DNA from: an uncultured Acidobacteriota bacterium
GTDB lineage: Bacteria; Acidobacteriota; Vicinamibacteria; Vicinamibacterales; UBA2999
Length of the DNA: 64,000 bases
Assembly (NCBI GenBank): GCA_963814395.1
Contig: CAWFCS010000033.1
Span: 244,520 to 308,519, forward strand
Direction of reading: 5' to 3'
Shown: positions 22,047-30,790 of the stretch, one piece after another
Numbering within the stretch: the first letter of the stretch is position 1
Layout of the letters: each line of letters begins with the position of its first letter
Notes under the pieces: generated by a model
Databases searched by the model: none
Told to the model about the DNA's origin: nothing
What the model saw: the letters and a program-made list of their open reading frames with translations, nothing else
Position numbers and translations under genes: made by a program

Positions 22047-24007
22047 TCAGCGTAGACGGAACGTCAGGCCGGTCATGACCCGCCATTCGTTGTAGCCGTC
22101 GTCCATCGTGCGTTCCGTGGACACGAGCAGCGACGTGGCGCCCCACAGCAGCGCCGAGGCCGAGAGGCCCATCCGCTTGGTCTTGGGCCGCGTCTCGATG
22201 ACCAAGCCCGTCGCCTCGAGTGAAGCGGACCAGCGACAACGCCGTGGAGAAGTCCGCGGTGGCATACACGCGGCGGCCCAGCCCGCGCCCGGCCGACAGG
22301 TAGGTGGAGTGATAGCTGCCCGTGGGCCGCGACATGCGTGAATTCGAGAACGTCAGGTCGACGCCGGTGTCGAACACGTTCCCGCCGAAGCCGCCCACCA
22401 GCCACCGCCCGGTGGCCGCGTCGTCGCGGTTGTTCTTGTCGCGCGAATAGCCGGCGTAGACCCGCACGCGGGGCAGCACCTCCACCGTGGCCCGGCCGCC
22501 GAGCGATTCGTATTGCAGGCCGTCGATCGACTGCTGCGATACGGCCCGGCCCATCCGCAGGTCGTCGCTCAACCCGCGGGTGTCGACGGATCGGCCGCGA
22601 CTGAGCGTGCCCAGGAACTCCAGCGCGGCGCCCGGCGCTCACGCGGGCATTGCCGAAGAAGTAGGTCAGGCCCTTGTGACCCAACCCGCCGGCCGTGCCT
22701 GCGACGTCGTATTCGGCGGCCTGATACACGAAGAGCGGACCGGCCGGCACGAAGTTGGTGAAGGTCATCACCGAGCGTTCGGTCAGCGAGCCGTTGTGCA
22801 CGTTGACATAGCCTGCCACATGACGCCGGCCGCGCGCGCCCTCGAGCGTCATGTAGGCGCCGGCCTTGCGCACGCCCTCGCTGTAGCCGAACTTGTAGAC
22901 GTTGGGATCCAGGCCGCCAAAGAGGCCGCCGCGCCAGCGGCCCAGGCCGCGTGGTCGGGATGGGCGCCGATCGCCCCTCCAACTGCACGCCGGCCAGGGC
23001 GCCGAGGCCGCCGAGGTCGTCGAGCCAGAGATGTCCGGCACGGGCGCGCACGGCGCCGCCAGCCAGTCGGCCGCCGACGTAGCCGGTGTACACCGACACG
23101 CGGGGATCGCGGCCCTGAATCGAATACGCCGTGTGGCGCACATCGAGGCCGTACTCCACGCCGTCGGTGTCGCGTTCGGTGAGCTCGTAGGTGACGGCGG
23201 TGGTGACGTCGTTGTAGCTCGAAGTGGCACCGGCCGTCTGCGACGACCGCGCGCCGCTGGTATAGACCGATACGCGCCCGTTCGGGCGCACGCCGCGCGA
23301 CGCGCCGAAACCCGATCGGCTGCGTGGATCTCGGCGGCACGGTCGACCCCGCGGCGGCGGCTGGCGCGGATCGCGTGCGCCGACTGCGCCGCGCCTGTCA
23401 GCCGGTGCGGCAGACGTGGCCGGGGCAGGTGCGCTGGTTGGCGCGGGGCGCCGACGCTGAGCGGCGGGCTCGCGCTGGCGGGGGCGGGAGTCGGTGCAAC
23501 GAGCGCACGTTCGGTCAGGCGCGCTGGCGCTGCCGGCGCCACGCCCATCGATCGATCGGCTGATGGCCGGGGTGGCGGTGGCTCCGCCGCGCCGGGCGCC
23601 ACCACGATGGTGAGCTCCGAGTCGCCCGGCACGACTGCGGTCGTGACCGGCCCGGCAAGATCGAGCACCAGGCGCGTCACCGGCGGGTCGGCGGAGTTGA
23701 GCGCCACCCGCACCCGGCGCACGATGGCCCGTCCGGTGAGCGACGCCGGCACCTGGCCCGGTCCCACCCCCGGCAAGTCGATGAACACCCGCGGTGGGCC
23801 TTCGGTGGTCGGTGTCGCGGTGGCGGCGGGCAGCGCGGAGGTGCCGCGTACCGTGATCCGCACGAACGGGACCATCGAGGCTGACGGCCACGGTTCTGAA
23901 GCTGCACCGGCGCCACTGCCTGACGGCCCGCGGCCGGCGGCGCCGGCCGGCGCCGGCCAGGCGAGAGCAACGCAGCCCATCAGTGCAGCGTAGCGAAGAT
24001 GTTGCAT
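22047..24007 (-). CDS. AMIN domain + Pro/Ala linker + putative outer-membrane beta-barrel; frameshifted
   Basis: GGAAGGAG RBS; signal peptide; AMIN-like PPRVFIDLPG...VRRVRVA...VTRLVLDL; ~400 aa of Gly/Tyr-rich amphipathic strands ending MTGLTFRLR. Confidence 0.75.
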
Positions 24008-24009
24008 GG

Positions 24010-26088
24010 TCAGCTCCTTCCGTTCGGATGGCACGAGTAACAGGCCGCCGATTCGTAGCGGTAGCCGGCGCGGCCGCGGTGCTCGTTGTCGGTCTCGGAC
24101 CGGCCATGGCACGTGAGGCAATTGAAAGCCGGCGGGGCGTTGGTCGTATGGCACTGCACGCACGCCACGTTGTGGCGCCCGGTGAGCGGGAAGCGCGTGT
24201 GGGTGAAGCGGCCTTGCGTCCAGGCGGTGTCGGTGGCGCGGTGACACGACTCGCACGCGGTCGGGAAGCCCGACTGCGCGTGGTTCGGGCTGCGCGTGGC
24301 GTCGTAGCGCGCCCGATGGCAGCCCACGCAGTCGCGCGCGGTGCCGCGATAGACGCCGCTCACATGGCAGGTCGCGCACGCCTGAGTGGCGTGCACGCCC
24401 TGCAGCGCGAAGAACTGGCTGTGATTGAACGTCACCCCGCGCCAGCTGGTGTCGGTGGCGCGGTGGCACGACTCACACGCGGTCGAGAACCCGGCCTGCG
24501 CGTGATTGGGCGTCGTGGTGCGGTCGTACTGCGTGCGGTGGCAGCCCACGCAGTCCCTCGCGGTGCCCCTGAACACGCCGCCCACGTGGCACACGGCGCA
24601 GGCCACCGCCCCGTGCCGGCCCACCAGCGGGAACACCTGACTGTGGTTGAAGCCGGCGCCTGCCCAGGTCGAGTCGGTGGCCCGGTGACACGTCTCGCAG
24701 GTGGTCGAGAAGCCGGCCTGCGCGTGATTGGGCGCGGTCGTGCGGTCGTACTGCGTGCGGTGGCAGCCCACGCAGTCGCGGGCCGTGCCCTTGAAGACGT
24801 TGTTCACGTGGCACGCGGCGCAGTCCACGGCGGCGTGCCGGCCCACGAGCGCAAACGTCTGGTTGTGGTTGAAGTTCGCGCCGCGCCAGCTCGTGTCGGT
24901 GGGCCGATGGCAGTTCTCGCACGTGGTCGGGAAGCCGGCCGAGGCATGACTCGGCGCCGTCGTGCGGTCGTATTGCGTGCGGTGACAGCCCACGCAGTCG
25001 CGCGCCGTGCCCTTGTAGACGTTGTTCTTGTGACACGACACGCACGACTGGTTCTGGTGCAGGCCCACGAGCGGGAAGAACTGTCCGTGATTGAAGCCGG
25101 CGCCGCTGCCACTGCGCCAGCCGACGTCGGTCGTGCGATGACAGCTCTCGCACGTGGTCGGGAAGCCGGCCGCGATGTGATTCGGACTCGTCGTGCGTTC
25201 GTAGACGGTGCGGTGGCAGCCCACGCAGTCGCGCGGGGTGCCTTGGAACACGTTGTTGCGGTGGCAGGAGACGCAGGTCTGCTGGGTATGCTGTCCGGTC
25301 AGCGGGAACGTGGCATGGGTGAAGGCGCCGCCCCCGGTGGTGCGCCAGGAGGGCTCGTTGGCCCGATGGCAGGTCTCACACGTGGTCGGGAAGCCCGCCG
25401 CCGCGTGATTCGGATTCTGGGCCCGGGTGAAGTCGGTCATGTGACACGAGGAGCACTCGCGTGACGTGCCCTTGAACACGCTGTTCTTGTGGCAGTTCGC
25501 GCACGTCGTGGTGGCGTGCGGACCACTCAGCGGAAAGCTCGCGTTGTGATCGAAGCGGGCCTGGCTGAAGGCCACGTCGGACGGCCGGTGACAGGCTTCG
25601 CACGCCGTCGGGAATCCGGCCGCGGCGTGGTTGGGCGTCTTGGTGGCGGCGTAGTCCTTCTGATGACAACTCGCGCAGGTCACGGCCACGCCCGTGAACC
25701 GGCCGTTCGTGTGACACGACTCGCAGCCGATGGTGCGATGGGCGCCGTTGAGCGGCATGTTCGTCATGGCGCCGTGGTCCCAGCGCACGGCGGCCCAGCT
25801 GATCGTGCGGTGGCAGTTCTCGCACTGGGTGCCGAGCTGCGTCTTGAACTTGTCGTCTTGCTTACGCGCCCAGTGGCAGTCGTAGCACTGCGTCGGCGTG
25901 CCCTTGAAGACGCCCTTCAGATGGCACGACTCGCAGGCCACCGTCTGGTGCCGGCCGGTCAAGGGGAAGGTCGTGTTGCTGTGGAAGGCGCGGTTCGGCG
26001 TGTCGAACTGCGCCAGCGTCTGGCGGGTGGCGAGCGAGCTGAGGAACAGCACCACCGTGAAGGCGAGAAGCCAGGCGAACCGTTTCAT
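24010..26088 (-). CDS. 27-heme c-type cytochrome (nine tandem triheme modules), Sec signal peptide
   Basis: Uninterrupted 692-aa frame from MKRFAWLLAFTVVLF; 27 CxxCH counted; module F-x-H...FPL-G-H...CxxCH...CxxCH...PNH...CxxCH. Confidence 0.95.
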   Translation of the reverse strand: MKRFAWLLAFTVVLFLSSLATRQTLAQFDTPNRAFHSNTTFPLTGRHQTVACESCHLKGVFKGTPTQCYDCHWARKQDDKFKTQLGTQCENCHRTISWAAVRWDHGAMTNMPLNGAHRTIGCESCHTNGRFTGVAVTCASCHQKDYAATKTPNHAAAGFPTACEACHRPSDVAFSQARFDHNASFPLSGPHATTTCANCHKNSVFKGTSRECSSCHMTDFTRAQNPNHAAAGFPTTCETCHRANEPSWRTTGGGAFTHATFPLTGQHTQQTCVSCHRNNVFQGTPRDCVGCHRTVYERTTSPNHIAAGFPTTCESCHRTTDVGWRSGSGAGFNHGQFFPLVGLHQNQSCVSCHKNNVYKGTARDCVGCHRTQYDRTTAPSHASAGFPTTCENCHRPTDTSWRGANFNHNQTFALVGRHAAVDCAACHVNNVFKGTARDCVGCHRTQYDRTTAPNHAQAGFSTTCETCHRATDSTWAGAGFNHSQVFPLVGRHGAVACAVCHVGGVFRGTARDCVGCHRTQYDRTTTPNHAQAGFSTACESCHRATDTSWRGVTFNHSQFFALQGVHATQACATCHVSGVYRGTARDCVGCHRARYDATRSPNHAQSGFPTACESCHRATDTAWTQGRFTHTRFPLTGRHNVACVQCHTTNAPPAFNCLTCHGRSETDNEHRGRAGYRYESAACYSCHPNGRS
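24250..25300 (-). repeat. Intragenic tandem repeat with 222-231 nt period (triheme modules)
   Basis: The CVGCH-encoding block (g/a)cagcccacgcagtc recurs at 24319, 24541, 24763, 24985 and 25216. Confidence 0.9.
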
Positions 26089-28104
26089 CGGGCGTTCCCT
26101 TTCGCTGTGCGCGCCGCCGCCGGATGGTCGAAGCGGCGGGCGAGCACGTCGGGTTTGTGGCAATCGGCACAACGCGGTGCCCAACGCGCCGTTGTGCACG
26201 TCGCGATGGCAGCTGGTGCATTCGCTGCTGACCGCATAGCGCACGGCGGTGCCGCGCCCGGCCGGGAACTGTCCCGTGGCCTGGTCGTGGCAGGTCTCGC
26301 ACTTGGCCGACACGTGTGCGCCCACGAAGAAGCTGCGCAGCGCCGGGTTCTTGTGGGTGAAGTTCGCGATCTTGAAGGTCTGATCCGAGTGGCAGGTCTC
26401 GCACGCCGTGCCCACCTGGCCCAGATGCACGTCGGCGTGACAGGTCAGGCAGGCGCTGCCGATGCCGGTGAGCTTCACGGCCGTGCCGGTGCCGGCGGGG
26501 AACGCCTCGGTCTTCGACTCATGACACTTCTGACACGTCACCTGCGCGTGTTTGCCGCCGAGGCGGAACTGTCGCGCGCGCGTGGTCGAACGCCGGGGTC
26601 ACGGCAAACTTCGCGAGCGACACGGCATGACACGACTCGCAGGTCTTGCTCACCTGGCCGAGGTGCACGTCGGCGTGGCAGGTGGCGCAGACCTGGGTCG
26701 CCGCGGTGAACTTCACCGTGGCCAGGGGCCCGTGAACGCCCGCGCCCGCGCCGCCCGACCGGCACCGATGGGGGCGGGGCGCTGGTCCGGGCTCGCACCA
26801 GTGCGGGCATCGCCGCCGGGCCCGACAAGGTATGGCACGTCACGCACGTGGCGGGCGTGTGCGCGCCCTCGAAGAACGGCGCCGGGGTGCGATGGGCATA
26901 GGTCGTCACCGCGAAGCGCTCGGTGCCGTGACAGGTCTCGCACGACGCGCCGAGGTCGCCCTTGTGGGTGTCGTCGTGGCAGGCGCGCACAGTCGCGCTT
27001 GAGCCCGCGGAAATCGATGGCCGGCGCCGGCGCCGCCCGTCCGGTGCGGGCCGCCACGCGCGTGAGGTTCTTGTGGCACGCCACGCACGTGGCCGGGGCG
27101 TGCTTGCCCGTGAGCGGGAACGGCGTGGTCGCGTGATCGAACGGCGCCTTCGCGAAGCTCTGCTCGTTGTGGCAGGCGCTGCACGGTCTGCGTGAACGAG
27201 CCGCGATGCGGATCCTGGTGGCAGGCCGCGCAGGTGTCGTACTTGGGCGTCACCTGCAGGGCCGGCCGCACGTGGCACTCCGCGCACGCCGTCGTCTGGT
27301 GTTTGCCGAGCAGCGGATACTTCGTGCGCGCGTGGTCGAAACGGCGCGACCGCCACGACGCGGCGGTGTGGCAGGAGGCGCAGGATCTCGGTCATCCGCG
27401 GCGTGTGCGGGTCGGCATGGCAGTCGTTGCACTTGGCAAACGCCACGCCCTTGAACACCTGATTCTTGTGGCACGACTCACAGGCCACGCGCTGGTGTGC
27501 GCCGTCGAGCTGGAACGCGGCCTTGGTGTGATCGAACGCCTGGCGGCCCTCCTTGAAGGTCACGCGCGTGCGTGTGGCAGGTCTCGCACTTGGTGCCGAG
27601 CGAGCCCTTGTGCGAATCGGTGTGGCACGAGGCGCACGACGTGCTCACGGCCAGGAACGACCGCGTCTTGTGGCACGCGGCGCAGTTGGTGGCCAGCGGG
27701 GCGTGGCGGCCGTCGAGCGGGTAGTTCGCCTCACGCGCGTGATCGAACTTCGCCGTGTCGAAGGGCCGCAGTTCGCCGGCGGTGCCCTGGTGCTCGGCAT
27801 GACAGGTCACGCAGTCACCCTGCACATCCCGATGCACGCCGCGTCTGGCGCGAATCCGATCGGCCACCGGCTGATGGCAGGAGAGGCACTTGGCGGCGGT
27901 GACACGTTGACCGGCTTCGTGACACTTGTCGCAGCTGCGGATGCCTTCGAGCGAGGCGTGCGGCTGGCTGAGGCGTCCGGGAGAGACGAGCGCGCCGAGC
28001 TGCCGGGCGTCGGCGCGCGCCGGCGCCACAGCCCACATCGCCAGCAGCAGGGCCGCCGCGCACGTGAGGCGAATCGACGAGTGGCTCCACCATCGGCTCA
28101 CCAT
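26085..28104 (-). CDS. About 24-heme c-type cytochrome (eight triheme modules), Sec signal peptide; multiple frameshifts
   Basis: Signal peptide, then SPGRLSQPH..LEG..CDKCH; 24 CxxCH after frame joining. Rebuilt tail CADCHKPDVLARRFDH...GNAR* stops in ATGA overlap with the next gene. Confidence 0.88.
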
Positions 28105-29030
28105 CGGAACGGCACGTACCCGAGATAGAGCGACACCGCCACGTGCAGCGACACGATGGCGAACATCACCCACACGAGCGGCAGGTGGAACACATGCCAC
28201 AGGTCGAACAGCCGCTTGGTGGCCGCCAGGGTGTGCCGGCGCTGCTGCAGGCGGGCCCGTTCTTCGAACAAGGCCACGACCTGGGCCGCGGTGGTGGCGT
28301 CGGTGGTGGTGGCGAGGCTGGCGGCCAGGTCGTCGAGCGATCGCCGGATGGCCGCGTCGCCGCGGCGGCTGAACCACGACGGCCGGCTGATCGCGATGTC
28401 GGCCTCGAGCTGGTCGAGTGCCTCGAGCACGCCCGGCCCGGCTGTCCACTGCAGGTCGTCACGCACCGCCGACGCGCGATCGTCGAGCTCGGCCTGCGAC
28501 AGCTCCACGCCGCGGATGGTGCGGGGAATGCGCACGTACAGGTAGCGGCCGACGAATCCCGACAGGGCCACCAGCACCATCGACCAGTAGGCGGCCGACA
28601 CGATGCCGTTGAACTTGAAGGCGGTGTGGAACGTGACCAGCACCGGGCCGACGATGCCGCAGAAGATGTGCACTTCGAGCCAGCGCTTGAGGTTGCCGCC
28701 CGGGCGCGTGCGCGCGAAGCGTTTGCGCGCCATGTAGATGAACGGCATGAGCATCAGCACCGCGCCGGCCAGTCCCAGCGTCTGGCCCACCGGCCCCGAC
28801 GGCCGCAGCAGGCGGTGCGCCGGGCTGTAGCCGCGCACCGAGAGCGGCGTGCCGTAGTAGGTCCAGCCGTCGAGGCCGACGAGAATCCACAGGGTGACGC
28901 CGATCGCCACGGCGCCGCTCACGACCATCACGTGCATGAGCGCGCCCAGGGGCATGAGCAGCTGGCGCGCGCGCGACGGCGCGGACGCCGCCACGGCCGG
29001 GCGATCGAGCGTCATCGTCGGCGGGGCCAT
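28098..29030 (-). CDS. Integral membrane protein with paired His, ferric-reductase-like / putative di-heme cytochrome b
   Basis: About five TM helices; WLEVHIFCGIVGPVLVTFH, SGFVGRYLY and WHVFHLPL......VSLH. Confidence 0.75.
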   Translation of the reverse strand: MAPPTMTLDRPAVAASAPSRARQLLMPLGALMHVMVVSGAVAIGVTLWILVGLDGWTYYGTPLSVRGYSPAHRLLRPSGPVGQTLGLAGAVLMLMPFIYMARKRFARTRPGGNLKRWLEVHIFCGIVGPVLVTFHTAFKFNGIVSAAYWSMVLVALSGFVGRYLYVRIPRTIRGVELSQAELDDRASAVRDDLQWTAGPGVLEALDQLEADIAISRPSWFSRRGDAAIRRSLDDLAASLATTTDATTAAQVVALFEERARLQQRRHTLAATKRLFDLWHVFHLPLVWVMFAIVSLHVAVSLYLGYVPFRW

Positions 29031-29033
29031 CGG

Positions 29034-30389
29034 TCAGCCCACCTCAATCACGCAGTTGCTGCGCGGCGACGCCACGCAGGCCAGCACGTAGCCCGAGGCG
29101 CGGTCGTCGTCGTCGAGCACGCCGCCGTCGCAACTCACGTCGCCTTCGATGACGCGCGTGCGGCAGGTGCCACACACGCCGGCCCGGCACAGTGACGGAA
29201 TCTCGAGGCCGCCGGCGTCGGCGGCTTCGAGCAGCGTCTGCCCGCGGCCCACCGCGACGCTGCTCGACGACCGGCGTTCGCGCAACTGGAACTGCTCTTT
29301 CGACGGCGTGGCCTGCTCGGCCTCGCTCACGGCCTTGCCGGCCGAGGCGGCGACGGCGGCCTCGAAGAGCTCGGACCGCACTTGATCCTTGGGCACGCCC
29401 ATGCCCAACAGGGTCTGCGTCAGGCCGTCGATCATGGCCTGCGGCCCGCACAGCATCGACACGGCGTGCTTCAGATCGGGAACGGTCGAGGCCAGCAACC
29501 GGGCGTCGATGCGGCCGCGGTGCACGTCGGCCGGCGCGTCGCCGTTGGTCACCGCGAAGCACAGACGCAGCTGGTCGTGACGGCGCGCGAGCGTCAACAG
29601 GTCGTCGCGAAACGCGAACTCGCCCAGGGTCTTGGCCGAATAGAGCAGCGCCACGGGCCGGGTCGGCTCGGTCAGCAGCGCATGGCGCAGCATGCTCATG
29701 AGTGGCGTGATGCCGATGCCCCCGCCGAGCAGCACGAGCGGACGGTCGTCGCCGCCGGGATAGGTGAACGCCCCGGCCGGCGCTCGTACGCTCAACAGCG
29801 TGCCCGGACGGGCCATGGCATGCAGGGAGTTCGACACGAGTCCTTGCCGGCGCACGGAGATCTCCAGATAGCCGCGCGCGGCCGGAGCCGAGCTGATCGA
29901 GTAGCAGCGCACCACATCCTTGCCGTCGGCCCTCACGCGCAGCGTCAGGAACTGCCCGGGCGTGAAGTCGAAGCCGTCGGGTCGGGCCAGGCGGAAGGTC
30001 TTGATGTCATCGCTCTCCGCCATCACCGAAAGCACCGGCGTCTGCACGAACCCTTTGGGCCGTGTGTCGGAGGCGCGCGGCTGGCGCGCGCTCGGCGCCG
30101 GCGCGGCGGACGCGGGCCGGGCGGCGGGCTTCGCCGGTGCCGCCGGGCCACCGGCCGTGGTCAAGCGAGCGCAGACCATGAACCACGTCACCTGCGTAGC
30201 GAGGCCCGCAAACACCCCAAGCGCCGCGGGAAAGACCCACGGCGCGCCGGCGAGTGCCAGCGACACGAGCGCGAGCGGACTCAGGATGCGCTGGCCCTGA
30301 TGTCGGTGATTGCACAGCGCGGCAAATGCGAGATGCGCCGTCGTGGCGGCTGAGAGCCACGGCACGTCGAGCGCAGCGGAGGCGGTCAT
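29034..30389 (-). CDS. FAD/NAD(P)H-binding oxidoreductase with C-terminal [2Fe-2S] (FNR/PDR/PaaE-like) and N-terminal hydrophobic anchor
   Basis: RCYSISS, GLVS, GGGIGITP, CGP, ELF; CRAGVCGTC...LAC ferredoxin. N-terminal ~75 aa hydrophobic, followed by a Pro/Ala linker. Confidence 0.92.
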   Translation of the reverse strand: MTASAALDVPWLSAATTAHLAFAALCNHRHQGQRILSPLALVSLALAGAPWVFPAALGVFAGLATQVTWFMVCARLTTAGGPAAPAKPAARPASAAPAPSARQPRASDTRPKGFVQTPVLSVMAESDDIKTFRLARPDGFDFTPGQFLTLRVRADGKDVVRCYSISSAPAARGYLEISVRRQGLVSNSLHAMARPGTLLSVRAPAGAFTYPGGDDRPLVLLGGGIGITPLMSMLRHALLTEPTRPVALLYSAKTLGEFAFRDDLLTLARRHDQLRLCFAVTNGDAPADVHRGRIDARLLASTVPDLKHAVSMLCGPQAMIDGLTQTLLGMGVPKDQVRSELFEAAVAASAGKAVSEAEQATPSKEQFQLRERRSSSSVAVGRGQTLLEAADAGGLEIPSLCRAGVCGTCRTRVIEGDVSCDGGVLDDDDRASGYVLACVASPRSNCVIEVG

Positions 30390-30534
30390 GTCGTTGTTCC
30401 GGTTTAGGAAGTGTTTGGTCCTCGCAGTCGGAATGGCTGCATGGCGCATATCCACGCCATGCAAAACGACGGCCTGCCAGCCCGGCCATGGCCAGCCGCA
30501 GAAAATCCTGCGGCAAATGCGCTGGCGCAACCCT

Positions 30535-30553
30535 CATGAGAAATGCGTGAGAG
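30535..30553 (-). promoter_or_regulatory. OmpR/MprA-type direct-repeat box 1: CTCTCA-CGCATT-TCTCATG
   Basis: 19-bp box with TCTCA half-sites at 11-bp period, oriented toward the cytochrome operon. Confidence 0.75.
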
Positions 30554-30610
30554 CAGTTCCGTGGCTCGTTGTTACACGGCTGGTCAGTGCGCAGCCGCGG
30601 AATGATGCGG

Positions 30611-30629
30611 CTCTCATCTGGCTCTCATG
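30611..30629 (+). promoter_or_regulatory. OmpR/MprA-type box 2: CTCTCA-TCTGGC-TCTCATG
   Basis: Same consensus and spacing as box 1. Confidence 0.75.
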
Positions 30630-30690
30630 TTTCTTCGCGCCGCACGTCGTCGACGTGTGCTGTGCGCATCAGCGGGCGCAGCGCTGCGAC

Positions 30691-30709
30691 CTCTCACGAA
30701 GGTCTCATG
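30691..30709 (+). promoter_or_regulatory. OmpR/MprA-type box 3: CTCTCA-CGAAGG-TCTCATG
   Basis: Same consensus; followed by a possible -10 (TGT-TACAAC, 30716-30724) ahead of the regulator gene. Confidence 0.75.
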
Positions 30710-30790
30710 CGGACTTGTTACAACTGCCTGCGGATGGCCAAGGCACGGCGCGAGCGTCGGCCCACCGCGCCATTCGAGGTGCCCCACGCA

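Noticed and set aside
24250-25300. Regular repeats as a possible CRISPR array
   Set aside because: The period is 222-231 nt, in frame, and encodes heme-binding modules; there are no unique spacers and no cas genes.
24010-26541. ORF-track 843-aa cytochrome as a single protein, or one giant ~51-heme fusion
   Set aside because: An internal signal peptide starts at 26088. A one-base correction near 26172 restores CADCH and gives a stop overlapping that ATG (ATGA), so two genes are more likely.
30390-30790. Upstream extensions of the reductase (to 30530) and the regulator (from 30569)
   Set aside because: The extensions are non-domain sequence overlapping the regulatory boxes; family-typical starts are at 30389 and 30791.
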